Notes: generated from the letters alone by a model not told the origin. A DNA stretch of 64,000 bases from Candidatus Omnitrophota bacterium (GCA_043808095.1 JAZDFF010000031.1:37073-101072); one strand, 5' to 3'. Shown: positions 29,169 through 38,957, numbered from the stretch's first letter. A program made the numbers and translations.

Positions 29169-29429
29169 TTACCTATAAATTTCTCTTCTGTGGCCTAAGT
29201 CAATGATGTATATGATTAAGGTATTTTTATGGATAGTATAAATGATACGATAATCGCCTACGCGTAAAGAATAATCACCTGAAAGCTTACCTTGTAGGCG
29301 TTTTCCCTGATAAGGATCTGTTTTTAGAGTTTCTATGACGGTTATTAGGCGGGAATACAGTTTTTTATCTATTCTAAATATCTTTTCTAATGCTCCAGCC
29401 GCAAGCCGCGAAAATTCTATTTTAAACAT
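29169..29429 (-). CDS. RelE/ParE-family toxin
   Basis: GKRLQGKLSGDYSLRVGDYRIIY...LGHRREIY; ATG start taken at 29429. Confidence 0.9.
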   Translation of the reverse strand: MFKIEFSRLAAGALEKIFRIDKKLYSRLITVIETLKTDPYQGKRLQGKLSGDYSLRVGDYRIIYTIHKNTLIIYIIDLGHRREIYR

Positions 29430-29700
29430 CTGTTTTCTCAATTCTTGCGCGTAACTCTTCTAAAGAAACGGTTTTTCCGGCTTTAATTTCTTTCTTGGCC
29501 TGTTTTATCCTTCTTGCGGATTCTTTGTCCGAGAGGATCTCGATTGTTTCTAAAAATCCTTCATAATCATCGGGGCTTAGCATAATTGCGATCGGTTTTC
29601 CTCTTTTAGTAATAATATAGCGGTCTAGTTTGGTATCTATATTTCTTATTACCTTCGGTAATCCCGGGCGCAACGCCTTTAACGTAATGGCATTAACCAT
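29422..29700 (-). CDS. Phd/YefM-family antitoxin
   Basis: YIITKRGKPIAIMLS.DDYEGFLETIEIL; AGGAGG upstream of the ATG at 29700. Confidence 0.9.
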   Translation of the reverse strand: MVNAITLKALRPGLPKVIRNIDTKLDRYIITKRGKPIAIMLSPDDYEGFLETIEILSDKESARRIKQAKKEIKAGKTVSLEELRARIEKTDV

Positions 29701-29718
29701 TTTAACCACCTCCTGAAT

Positions 29719-29749
29719 AAAGTATACACTAAAGAGTATACTTTGTCAA
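29719..29749 (-). promoter_or_regulatory. Consensus sigma70 promoter with an overlapping palindromic TA operator
   Basis: Minus-strand TTGACA-17-TATACT; inverted repeat AAAGTATAC-N8-GTATACTTT. Confidence 0.8.
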
Positions 29750-29755
29750 GGAAGA

Positions 29756-30091
29756 TTAGATTATCTTTTCGACCTTTTCGAGTAAATCTTTTGACTCGAA
29801 GGGCTTGACGATATAGTCAGAGGCGCCGCTTTTTACAGCCTCTGTTGCCATTTCTACGCTTTTATAGCCGCTGACTACCGCGATTTTCTGATTTGGAGAA
29901 AGGCCCTTAATCTGTTTTAAGATATCCAGGCCGCTAATCTTGGGCATCTTGATATCAAGAAGGATAAGGTCAGGTTTTTGCCCCTTTTTGAGGCATTCCA
30001 GGCACTCCTGGCCGTCTGTAGCAAAGGAAAGGTCATAGTCCTTGCCTAAAATCAGCCTCAGCGACTCGCGGATGCCTTCTTCGTCATCGAT
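29756..30091 (-). pseudogene. Response regulator receiver lacking its 5' end
   Basis: Homology begins at IDDEEGIRESL; the sequence upstream is RHS antisense with no proper start or RBS. Confidence 0.7.
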
Positions 30092-33000
30092 GCAGTGGGA
30101 AATCTCACCAAACAGACCGATGCCAAAGCACAAGTTTTAAACTTTACCTATGACTCGCTCAATCGCTTAACTAGTAAATCCGCAGGCGACAAGACATCGG
30201 TTACTTATCAATACGACAGCGGCCCATACGGCATCGGCCGCTTGAGCAAAATCCCAGATACCTCAGGCCAGACCGAGTTTTTCTACGACAATTTAGGCCG
30301 CGAGATTAAATCTATCAAGACTGTGAGCGCAATTACTTATACTGTTGAGCGCACCTATGATGCCCTGGATAGGCTCACCAGCCTTAAATACCCTGATAAT
30401 AGCATGGTCTTCTACGAGTATAATCCTCAGGGCATCCAAAATGTCCATAGTTATTCATCCGACACTAACGGCCTTAAATTGTATTTGAATTGCAATGGCT
30501 CCGATGGTTCAAGAAATTTTATAGATGCAACCGGCAAAAACGTTAGTGTTTATGGCAATGCCCAAATAGATACTGATCAATACCAGTTTGGCGGTGCCTC
30601 TGGTTTGTTTGACGGCAATGGAGATTATCTCTCATTAGCAGATAGTGATGACTGGAGCTTTGGTTCAGAAGATTTTACAATAGATTTTTGGGTGAGATTT
30701 AATGCATTACCGTCGTCTGGGGATGGGGCGACAATTCTAAGTCAAAGAGAGTCGACTATTAGATGGTATGTGACATTGTGGAACAGAAGTGGAACTTATG
30801 AATGGCATTTCCAGACATCGGATGTTTCTAATAGTATTGTGGTGGTAAAGGCTACGACTGTAGCCATTGATACTTGGTATCATATAGCGGTTGTCCGCGA
30901 TGGCAATAATTTTATGATATTCCAAGACGGCGTTCAAGTAGGCACTACTGTAGCGAGTGCTGATTCTGTACCTGATGTAGCAGGACCATTAGATATAGGA
31001 ACTTTTAATAGAATAGACGCTAATTTGAATGGTTGGTTAGATGAGTTAAGAATTTCTAAAGGTATAGCCCGCTGGACATCCAATTTTACTCCACCAGATG
31101 AATCTGATTACTCCCAGTATAACTATGAAACCTTCATTGCCAACATCGACTATTCACCCACCGGCCAGATTACCAAGATTGTTTATGGAAATGGCACCGA
31201 AACCAACTATGCCTACAATCCCAATACGCTGCGGCTATCGCATCTGACTACGGGTTTATCCGGTCAGGCCGCCACTCTGCAAGACCTGCAATACCAATTC
31301 GACAATGTGGGCAATATCTCAAACATAGCCGACTCAATAAATACTGCCACCCAATCATTCAACTATGATGATTTGAATCGCCTCATTCAGGCGCAAGGCG
31401 CTTACGGCGCATTTAGTTATACTTATGATTCTATCGGCAATATGACTAATAAAGAAGGAGTGGCCTTAACTTATGGCAAGGCCGGGAAACTTCCTCATGC
31501 TGTTACTCAATACGGCTCGACGCTAATTGACTACGACGTTAACGGCAATATGGCCACTAAAGACAACCTGCAATATACCTATGATGCGGAAAACCGCCTG
31601 ACTGAAGTGGAAGACACAACCGCCACCCAGCCACAAACCCTGAATATCAGCCTGCAGCCGGGTTGGAATTTTGTTTCTTTTGCTGTTCTGCCCTCGATTA
31701 CCACGATTAGCTCAGTATTGGCCTCAATCGCCGGAAAATACGACCAGGTTTCTCGATACAATTCAACAACCAGATCCTTCGAGCATTATGTGGGTAATTC
31801 TAAATACGACCAGTTTTCTACCTTTGAATATGGCAAGGGTTATCAGATTTATGTCACTTCAGCAACAGGCGCGGCCCTGACTGTCACCGGAAATATCCCT
31901 TCTTCATTGGATATTTCGCTAAAATCCGGCTACAACCTGATTGCCTGTCCCCAAATGGCTGAGACACCGGTTGAAGAGGCGCTAAAACCTTTAAAATTAG
32001 GGGTTGATTATTCCAAGGTCCTGCATTATAATAAAAACTTAGCGCTCTTTGAAAAGTATGACGCAGAAAGCCACGAGTTCTCAAGCCTGAATCCGGGCGA
32101 GAGTTATTATCTCTATTGCCTGAAAAATACGAGCTGGGTGGCGCAGAATACCGCGCCGACGACAACTTTTGCTTATGACGGCGACGGCGGAAGGGTAAAG
32201 AAGACAGTCGGCTCAAATACCACCACCTACATCGGCTCGCTGTTTGAAAAAGACTCAAGCGGCAAGACTACTAAGTATATTTTCTCGGGAGCAAATCGGG
32301 TCTGCACAGTTGAATCAACCGGCGATAAATACTTCCATCATTCGGATCATCTGGGAAGCAGTAACGTCGTGAGCGACGACAACGGCCAGCAAATTGGCCT
32401 CACCGAATTCACTCCCTACGGCTCAGTTTCACAACAGGCCGGCACCTTTGACCCCAAACACAAGTTTACCGGAAAAGAACTCGACGCGAGTACGGGGTTG
32501 TATTTTTACGGCGCCCGCTACTACGACCCTACCATCGGGAGATTCATAACTGCCGATACGATTGTCCAGTCGCCCTACGATCCCCAAAGCCTGAATAGGT
32601 ATTCTTACTGTCGAAACAACCCTCTAAACTACACTGACCCGACTGGGCATAGTTGGAAGAAGTTTTGGAATAGCTTTGCTGGAGCGTTTGTAGCTGTTGC
32701 CCTTGCTTTTGTGCTTGGTCCTGCTGGGTTGTACTGGGTAGGTTCAACCATGGCCTGGGCAATCGGAGGGGCGGCAGGAGGAGCCCTCACAGGTGGACTT
32801 GAAGGCGGTTGGAAGGGTGCTTTAATAGGCGGGGCTCTAGGAGGTGCCCTAGGTGGTTTTGGCGCTTGGGGAGTAAGGGAATTTGGAGCTGGTTTTGGCT
32901 ATGGGATGTTAGCTGCCGGTGCAGGAGTGGCCGGCGCTACCGATAGCTGGGATAGCTTTGCAGGAGGAGTTGTCGGAGGAATTGCTGGAGCAGCAGTTGG

Positions 33001-33553
33001 GAATATTTGGAATGATTTTACTGGTGCACAGTCAGGAGTTAATAGAAATGATTTGGCTGCACAAACTGAACAATTAAAACAAGCCCAGCAAGCCCTTAAT
33101 ATAGAGCCGAATGAAACGATTAGAGTAGGCACAAGAGATGCAGTTTTAAATGCCGACCATCAATTAATACGAAGACAAAATGGTATGATTGTGGAGGCTG
33201 GTGCTGGTGAAGGTGGCAAGATGACAGTTTTCCAATATAATCCCCAAGATTATATTAATCCTGCTTCTCGTGTAAATCTAGCACCTACTCAAAAGCACAC
33301 CTTATCTGCTCTGTATGAAGGTAAACTACATTTACGATGGTCTAATCCTGTCCCTGTTAATTCAGCAAAACTAGATACTTTAATTAGCGGAGTTCAATCA
33401 ATATGGTCGGCTGCAAATTATGCTGCTGGAGCATTTAATAGTAACTATGCTATAAATACTTTTGTTTACGGTTCAGCGCCACTTGGAACAAAAATAACAG
33501 GTCTACATACATGGAGACCGAGTTTCTCGGGTAATTATGGGAAGGACCAATGA
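30089..33553 (+). CDS. RHS/YD-repeat polymorphic toxin, N-terminally truncated, with inserted LamG-like and other domains
   Basis: YD repeats, core FTGKELD..GLYFYGARYYDP.IGRF, NPLNYTDPTG, glycine zipper, C-terminal domain; begins mid-repeat (DAVGNL). Confidence 0.88.
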   Translation, partial: DAVGNLTKQTDAKAQVLNFTYDSLNRLTSKSAGDKTSVTYQYDSGPYGIGRLSKIPDTSGQTEFFYDNLGREIKSIKTVSAITYTVERTYDALDRLTSLKYPDNSMVFYEYNPQGIQNVHSYSSDTNGLKLYLNCNGSDGSRNFIDATGKNVSVYGNAQIDTDQYQFGGASGLFDGNGDYLSLADSDDWSFGSEDFTIDFWVRFNALPSSGDGATILSQRESTIRWYVTLWNRSGTYEWHFQTSDVSNSIVVVKATTVAIDTWYHIAVVRDGNNFMIFQDGVQVGTTVASADSVPDVAGPLDIGTFNRIDANLNGWLDELRISKGIARWTSNFTPPDESDYSQYNYETFIANIDYSPTGQITKIVYGNGTETNYAYNPNTLRLSHLTTGLSGQAATLQDLQYQFDNVGNISNIADSINTATQSFNYDDLNRLIQAQGAYGAFSYTYDSIGNMTNKEGVALTYGKAGKLPHAVTQYGSTLIDYDVNGNMATKDNLQYTYDAENRLTEVEDTTATQPQTLNISLQPGWNFVSFAVLPSITTISSVLASIAGKYDQVSRYNSTTRSFEHYVGNSKYDQFSTFEYGKGYQIYVTSATGAALTVTGNIPSSLDISLKSGYNLIACPQMAETPVEEALKPLKLGVDYSKVLHYNKNLALFEKYDAESHEFSSLNPGESYYLYCLKNTSWVAQNTAPTTTFAYDGDGGRVKKTVGSNTTTYIGSLFEKDSSGKTTKYIFSGANRVCTVESTGDKYFHHSDHLGSSNVVSDDNGQQIGLTEFTPYGSVSQQAGTFDPKHKFTGKELDASTGLYFYGARYYDPTIGRFITADTIVQSPYDPQSLNRYSYCRNNPLNYTDPTGHSWKKFWNSFAGAFVAVALAFVLGPAGLYWVGSTMAWAIGGAAGGALTGGLEGGWKGALIGGALGGALGGFGAWGVREFGAGFGYGMLAAGAGVAGATDSWDSFAGGVVGGIAGAAVGNIWNDFTGAQSGVNRNDLAAQTEQLKQAQQALNIEPNETIRVGTRDAVLNADHQLIRRQNGMIVEAGAGEGGKMTVFQYNPQDYINPASRVNLAPTQKHTLSALYEGKLHLRWSNPVPVNSAKLDTLISGVQSIWSAANYAAGAFNSNYAINTFVYGSAPLGTKITGLHTWRPSFSGNYGKDQ

Positions 33554-34482
33554 TAAAAAAATATTATATAATCGGTATTATAATATTAGTTTTTTTTACA
33601 GCAAAAGGCTTTGCAATAGAAGAGGTTAATATGTATCACGAATTGAAAAAAATTGATAAGTCTGGTATTTGGAAAAATATTTGGTGCGATGGGTATGAAA
33701 TACATCTATGTAACTTGCCTTTCTATAAAAGAGGAACAAAGTTATTTGAAGTAGAAAACCGTAAATTTATGCTTATAGGAAATCGTGAATTATCGCCTGA
33801 TGCAAAGAAAATAGCATTTACACTTGAGACTTATAAGCATAGAGCTTATCAGAATATTATTCGTACAGATCTCTATATAATGAATAGCGATGGAACAAAC
33901 CTTACGAAATTACCAACCGATGTATTTGAAAATATCTTTCTAATCGGTTTTTTAGGAGACGGCAAGCTTGTATTGGAACATTCCGAAGTAGAAAATTACC
34001 TTCATAAACCAGAAACTCGGGTAATCTATACCATAGACCTAAATACAAATAAAATTAATAAATTTGCTAATCAAAAAATTTCAATTAGTAGTCTCAATGC
34101 TTCTGCGAAAGGTGATTTATTAATATGCCCAGAACAGAATATGACTATTGTTTATGATGTTGAAAATAATGCAACCAAAAAAATGAATATAAAAATGGAT
34201 GCGCCTGTTCTGTCACCGGATGGTAAAAAAATTCTTTTCAGACGCGGCGATATGATGGGAAGTTATTACATTGTTAATATTGACGGAACTAATGAAGAAT
34301 TGTTGCTGTCAGATGAGAAGATTCGATATTTACTCAAAGGTTCTGGAGATTATAGAGATTTAGTCTATGCGAGTTGGTCTCCCGATTCAAGATTCCTCTT
34401 GTTTACTGAATCTTCGGACCTACAAAAAGGTAAGTCGTTTGTATTAGATATTGGCTCTAAAGAGATAGTTAAGATAAGGTAA
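33550..34482 (+). CDS. Putative immunity protein; signal peptide, TolB/PD40-like beta-propeller
   Basis: Coupled to the RHS stop codon; LSPDAKKIAF, LSPDGKKILF, WSPDSRFL. Confidence 0.65.
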   Translation: MIKKYYIIGIIILVFFTAKGFAIEEVNMYHELKKIDKSGIWKNIWCDGYEIHLCNLPFYKRGTKLFEVENRKFMLIGNRELSPDAKKIAFTLETYKHRAYQNIIRTDLYIMNSDGTNLTKLPTDVFENIFLIGFLGDGKLVLEHSEVENYLHKPETRVIYTIDLNTNKINKFANQKISISSLNASAKGDLLICPEQNMTIVYDVENNATKKMNIKMDAPVLSPDGKKILFRRGDMMGSYYIVNIDGTNEELLLSDEKIRYLLKGSGDYRDLVYASWSPDSRFLLFTESSDLQKGKSFVLDIGSKEIVKIR

Positions 34483-34616
34483 TTTACAAGGCGAATTCCG
34501 GGGAATTCCGGGGACACACACGTAATTCACGGATTATTTGAATTTCATAAAATTACTAGACGCTTTATTTAAACACTTGGAAAATAAGGACAGCGACTAT
34601 TTATTTTTATATCTAA

Positions 34617-35981
34617 GCAAGTTCGCTCTTTGAAAAAGACTCAAGCGGCAAGAGCACCAAATACATTTTTTCAGGCGCAAACCGGGTCTGCACAGTTGAA
34701 TCAACGGGCAATAAGTATTTTCACCACTCAGACCATTTAGGCTCAAGCAATGTCGTTAGCGATGCCAATGGCGCTCAAGTCGGCCTGACTGAATTCACTC
34801 CCTACGGTTCAGTCTCAAAACAAACCGGCACCTTTGACCCCAAACACAAGTTCACCGGCAAAGAACTCGACGCGAGTACGGGGTTGTATTTCTACGGCGC
34901 CCGCTACTACGACCCTACCATCGGGAGATTCATTACTCCTGATTCAATAGTTCAAGCTCCAAGCGACCCACAGTCACTAAACCGATATTCTCAATCCCGG
35001 AACAACCCAATCACCTATATTGATCCCAATGGTCGATGGTTCTGGGCTGCTATAATTATTGGTGCTATTTTAGGGGGAGGTTCAGCAGCGGCAAATCACC
35101 AGCCTATATGGCAAGGTGTGCTTATGGGAGCTTTAGGGGGTTTGATGATTGGTGGAGGAGCAGCTGCTTTTGGTTTTTGGGGAGCAGTAGGAGGTGGAAT
35201 GATTGCCGGTGCATCTAATTCTGCTGTGTTTGGAGGCAATATTGGATTTGGTGCTCTTATTGGCGGTCTGGGAGCTGGCATAGGTTATGGTTTAGGTTCA
35301 TGGGCAAGTGGATGGAATGAGGGTAGTTTTTGGGGACAATTAGGTGCAGCAGTAACTGCAGGCAGCGTCGCAGGCGGAGTAGGAGCAGAACTTCAAGGTG
35401 GTAAATTCGGCCAAGGCGCGGGGATGGGAGCAGCATATGGGGCTGCTGGATTTTTTGGATCAAAAGCAGGCAATTGTCTTGACCCACGTATTCGTCAGGC
35501 ACAAAAATATGAACAAGAAGTTAGAAAAATGCACGCTCTTAATAGCAAAAATAACGACATGATAAAGATTGATGTTGGTGCGAGACCGGCGGTAGGTCCT
35601 GCAGATCATCGTTTTTTATTGAAATGGGAGATGGGTTCAAGATATCCAGGAAGTGGCCCTATAGAAACTACAAATACTATGGGCGATCTATCAAATTGGC
35701 CAACCTATAGGCATACTCAAAGTGCTATCAAATCGGGAATGGCACACTATGCTACCGCTGAAGTCAGCGCATCAGGTTTAGTTGATGCAATAGCCCTTTA
35801 CGAGCAGTATTGGGTTAATACGAATACAATTTATAGTGGTGGGAGTTATAATAGTAACTATGCCATAAATACTGTAATCTATAGTGCAGGTGGAACTGTG
35901 CCAGGAGGATTGGGCTTGACCCCCGCTTTTGGTACTGTACCCGCTTCCGCATTCTATCCCTATATACCTAAAGAACGATGA
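34617..35981 (+). pseudogene. Orphan RHS core-end + alternative C-terminal toxin module
   Basis: Frame opens after TAA at 34614 with no start or RBS; 34623-35030 duplicates about 32237-32645. Confidence 0.8.
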
Positions 35982-36385
35982 GCAAAATGAAGCAAAGTAT
36001 TATAGTACTCTCTATAGTATTAATTACAATTTATTTGTTAAATAATAATAGAGGAATCGCTATGGAGGATAAACTAGATCACAAGACTGTCATTAAAGAA
36101 GAATTAAAACAGATAGAGATTTCCGATGGAGTTAGTAAAAAGGAGGCAATTATTATTGCTCAGAATGAATTAATTAAAGATGGACTTGAAAAAGAGTATT
36201 ACATTTCTAAGCCAATAATAACGGAAAGTAAGTTGGTAGACGGGTGTTGGTTTGTTAGGTTTAACATGAAATTTAAATTCGGATATATATTGGAAAAAAT
36301 ATTATTTCTTGGAAGATGGTGCGGATACCATATTGAAAAGAAATCAGGCGAAATAAAAATGAAAGATTGGGGTCCTGACTTATAA
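35978..36385 (+). CDS. Putative immunity protein with signal peptide
   Basis: Coupled to the orphan CT stop codon; paralogous to 37344-37712. Confidence 0.65.
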   Translation: MSKMKQSIIVLSIVLITIYLLNNNRGIAMEDKLDHKTVIKEELKQIEISDGVSKKEAIIIAQNELIKDGLEKEYYISKPIITESKLVDGCWFVRFNMKFKFGYILEKILFLGRWCGYHIEKKSGEIKMKDWGPDL

Positions 36386-36563
36386 ATAAAAAATCATAGA
36401 TATCTTTGTTCTCAAATGCAATTTAAGAAATAGGAGTTCTTATACCAATTTTTATATAGACTTATAAAGAGGCATTTATGAAAAGAGCACTTCTAGTCAG
36501 CATAAGCAATAATGGTGTCAGAACTCAATAACCCTTTTAATATATAAAATTGTCGTGTAAAAA

Positions 36564-37260
36564 TTCCGGGGACACGTACCTTTTATTTAACAAATAATAT
36601 CAGATGACGTAGAAACATCCATGAGTCCACGAATGGCAAGAATTGTTTTTTCTAATATGCCTCATCACATAGTTCAGCGAGGTAATAGAAGGCAGGATGT
36701 ATTTTTTGAAGATGAAGACCGCGAGATTTATTTACGTTTATTAAAAGAACAGATACAAAAGTATGAAGTCCAAGTATGGGCGTATTGTCTTATGAGTAAC
36801 CACGTACATTTAATCGTTGTTCCCGCCAATAAAGATTCTTTAGCGAAAGCCATAGGAGAAACCCATAAAAGATATACCAGAATGATCAATTTCCGAGAAG
36901 GATGGCGTGGATATCTTTGGGAGGGTAGATTTAAGAGTTTTCTCTTGGATGAAAAGTATGTCTATGCCGCTGTTCGTTACGTTGAGAGAAATCCGGCAAG
37001 AGTTAAGATTGTAAAAAGAGCGGAAGATTACCCTTGGTCAAGTGCCAAGGCCCATATTAAACGTCTAAATGGAACCGTCTTAAGTGATTTCTATCTCTTA
37101 GATGAAATAGCAGATTGGTCAGATTATTTACGCCAGGAGGATAAAGAAGAAGACTTGAAGATATTTAGGCGTCATGGCAGTGTGGGTAAACCAATAGGGG
37201 ATGCTAAATTCATAAAACGGACTCGGATTAATCAGTTCAATTAGGTACGTGTCCCCGGAA
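36564..37260 (+). mobile_element. RAYT-type element bounded by perfect 18-bp inverted repeats
   Basis: TTCCGGGGACACGTACCT (36564-36581) and AGGTACGTGTCCCCGGAA (37243-37260). Confidence 0.8.
36621..37244 (+). CDS. REP-associated tyrosine (Y1 HUH) transposase
   Basis: HHIVQRGNRRQDVF, AYCLMSNHVHL, LWEGRFKS, YVERNP, DYPWSS. Confidence 0.9.
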   Translation: MSPRMARIVFSNMPHHIVQRGNRRQDVFFEDEDREIYLRLLKEQIQKYEVQVWAYCLMSNHVHLIVVPANKDSLAKAIGETHKRYTRMINFREGWRGYLWEGRFKSFLLDEKYVYAAVRYVERNPARVKIVKRAEDYPWSSAKAHIKRLNGTVLSDFYLLDEIADWSDYLRQEDKEEDLKIFRRHGSVGKPIGDAKFIKRTRINQFN

Positions 37261-37263
37261 CTT

Positions 37264-37341
37264 ACAATTTATAGTATTGGTAGTAGCGTTCCAGGATGTG
37301 TGCAAGCACCAGAATTTTCTAAATTTCCTTATAGAAAATAA
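37264..37341 (+). pseudogene. Remnant 3' tip of a third RHS toxin C-terminal domain
   Basis: TIYSIGSSVPGCVQAPEFSKFPYRK* resembles TVIYSAGGTVPGGLGLTPAF of the orphan CT and directly precedes an immunity paralogue. Confidence 0.6.
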
Positions 37342-37343
37342 AA

Positions 37344-37712
37344 ATGATAATACTTATAAACAAATTTATTATACTGAGTTTGGTTATACTACTTATATTT
37401 CTGAAGCCTAAAATTGGAGGCGCTATGGCTGAAAGACCGATTCAAGATGAAATGCAAATAAAGGTTGATTTGTCAGATGGCGTTAATAAAGAAGAGGCGA
37501 TAATTCTTGCAAAGAACTACTTAATACATAAAGGGCTAGAGAAAAATGTAATCATTTTTAAGGCCAAAGTTAGAGAAAGTCGGTTATTTAAAGAATGTTG
37601 GACTGTTTACTTTCCTCCATCTCCTAATATTCGGGCAAGAATACCATTTGATTTTGTGGTAGACGTAGATAAAAAAACCGGTGAAATAAAACTAGCTGGT
37701 TGGAATAAATAG
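37344..37712 (+). CDS. Putative immunity protein, paralogue of 35978-36385
   Basis: LSDGVNKEEAIILAKNYLI vs ISDGVSKKEAIIIAQNELI; CWTVYF vs CWFVRF; KKTGEIK vs KKSGEIK. Confidence 0.7.
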   Translation: MIILINKFIILSLVILLIFLKPKIGGAMAERPIQDEMQIKVDLSDGVNKEEAIILAKNYLIHKGLEKNVIIFKAKVRESRLFKECWTVYFPPSPNIRARIPFDFVVDVDKKTGEIKLAGWNK

Positions 37713-37832
37713 TAAAATTATACAGAGTAATAAAAATAATGGTGGCGGAACTCAATAAGTTTTTATAAATAAAAATTTAAAATGATAATTCATATAATTA
37801 CTTATTCCAGTACCACTTTTATTATTTTTAAA

Positions 37833-37860
37833 TTGACATTTTAAGGGAAAGTAGTATTCT
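37833..37860 (+). promoter_or_regulatory. Putative sigma70 promoter of the lipoprotein operon
   Basis: TTGACA-16-TATTCT. Confidence 0.45.
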
Positions 37861-37978
37861 GGGTATGTAATCTTTTTACACATCAAACTACAATGGAGTG
37901 GAATAAGGTTAAAATAAGTAAATTCATAAAACGGCTCTTCAAATATGGGCTGTTTTTTATTTTAAAAGAGGAGGAAAA

Positions 37979-38383
37979 ATGAAGAAAAATTATTTATTAT
38001 TGTTTAGTATTTTATTACTATTTGGTTGTTCAACAGCCGGCTCTCACCTTAAATCGGTTCAGTCTGACGTAGCTGACAGGGTAACTGTAGGAAAAGTCCA
38101 ACGCGAGATTCGTATTGGTATGTCATCTGCTCAAGTGGCTGAAGTATTAGGCTCTCCTAATATTGTTAGCACTGACGAAAATCGGAGAGAGGTATGGATT
38201 TATGATAAGATTGCTACGGATGTTTCTTATTCAAATAATGAAGGCGGGGCTACTTTGCTACTATTAGGCATTACTGGTTCTTCGGGTGCAGTATCGAAAT
38301 CTCAAAGGACTTTAACAGTTATTATTAAGTTTGATGAAAACAGCAAAGTCCGAGATTTTGCTTATCATACATCTAGCTTTTAG
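37979..38383 (+). CDS. Lipoprotein, SmpA/BamE-like
   Basis: Lipobox LFGC; IRIGMSSAQVAEVLGSP, EVWIY. Confidence 0.65.
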   Translation: MKKNYLLLFSILLLFGCSTAGSHLKSVQSDVADRVTVGKVQREIRIGMSSAQVAEVLGSPNIVSTDENRREVWIYDKIATDVSYSNNEGGATLLLLGITGSSGAVSKSQRTLTVIIKFDENSKVRDFAYHTSSF

Positions 38384-38405
38384 GACGAAAATAAAACAGA
38401 CAAAA

Positions 38406-38957
38406 ATGCGAAGCTTTCCAAAATTATTCTTATGTTTATTTTTGAGTTTGGGACTAATTAGCTGTGTCAGTATTCCTACAGGTTTTCTAAAGCTTAACGA
38501 AGGCTATTTAGAAAAAAGGCAATTGCAAATAAGGCAATACGACACAACTAATGAAGAACAGATTATAACGGCTGTCGCTGGAGTTTTACAAGATTTAGGT
38601 TTTACTTTGGATGATAGCGAAACCAAATTAGGGTTGGTATCTGCTTCTAAAAAAGCTGATGCAATAAGTGCAGGTCAAGTTACCGGCGCAATCTTCCTTG
38701 ACATGTTATCCGCTTTAGGTGGTAATTATTCTAATAACGCCGCAAGGTGTGATAAATCTCAGGTAGTTAAAGCCTCGGTAATTACGAAACTAAGCCTTGA
38801 AGGAAATAAGATGGTTGTTCGAGTTACATTTCAGCGAATTGTTTGGAACATGAGTAATCAAATCAACAGAGTAGAAACTATTAATGATCCGGAAATATAT
38901 CAGAAGTTTTATGATAGTTTATCAAAAGCGATATTTTTGGAGGCTCAGAAAATATGA
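38406..38957 (+). CDS. Uncharacterised lipoprotein
   Basis: Lipobox LISC after the ATG at 38406; paralogous to the next gene (VLQDLGF / TLQDLDF, KAIFL). Confidence 0.65.
   Translation: MRSFPKLFLCLFLSLGLISCVSIPTGFLKLNEGYLEKRQLQIRQYDTTNEEQIITAVAGVLQDLGFTLDDSETKLGLVSASKKADAISAGQVTGAIFLDMLSALGGNYSNNAARCDKSQVVKASVITKLSLEGNKMVVRVTFQRIVWNMSNQINRVETINDPEIYQKFYDSLSKAIFLEAQKI

Noticed and set aside
30092-30133. ORF-track N-terminus MCFGIGLFGEISH of the response regulator
   Set aside because: It is antisense RHS sequence beyond the breakpoint, not receiver-domain sequence.
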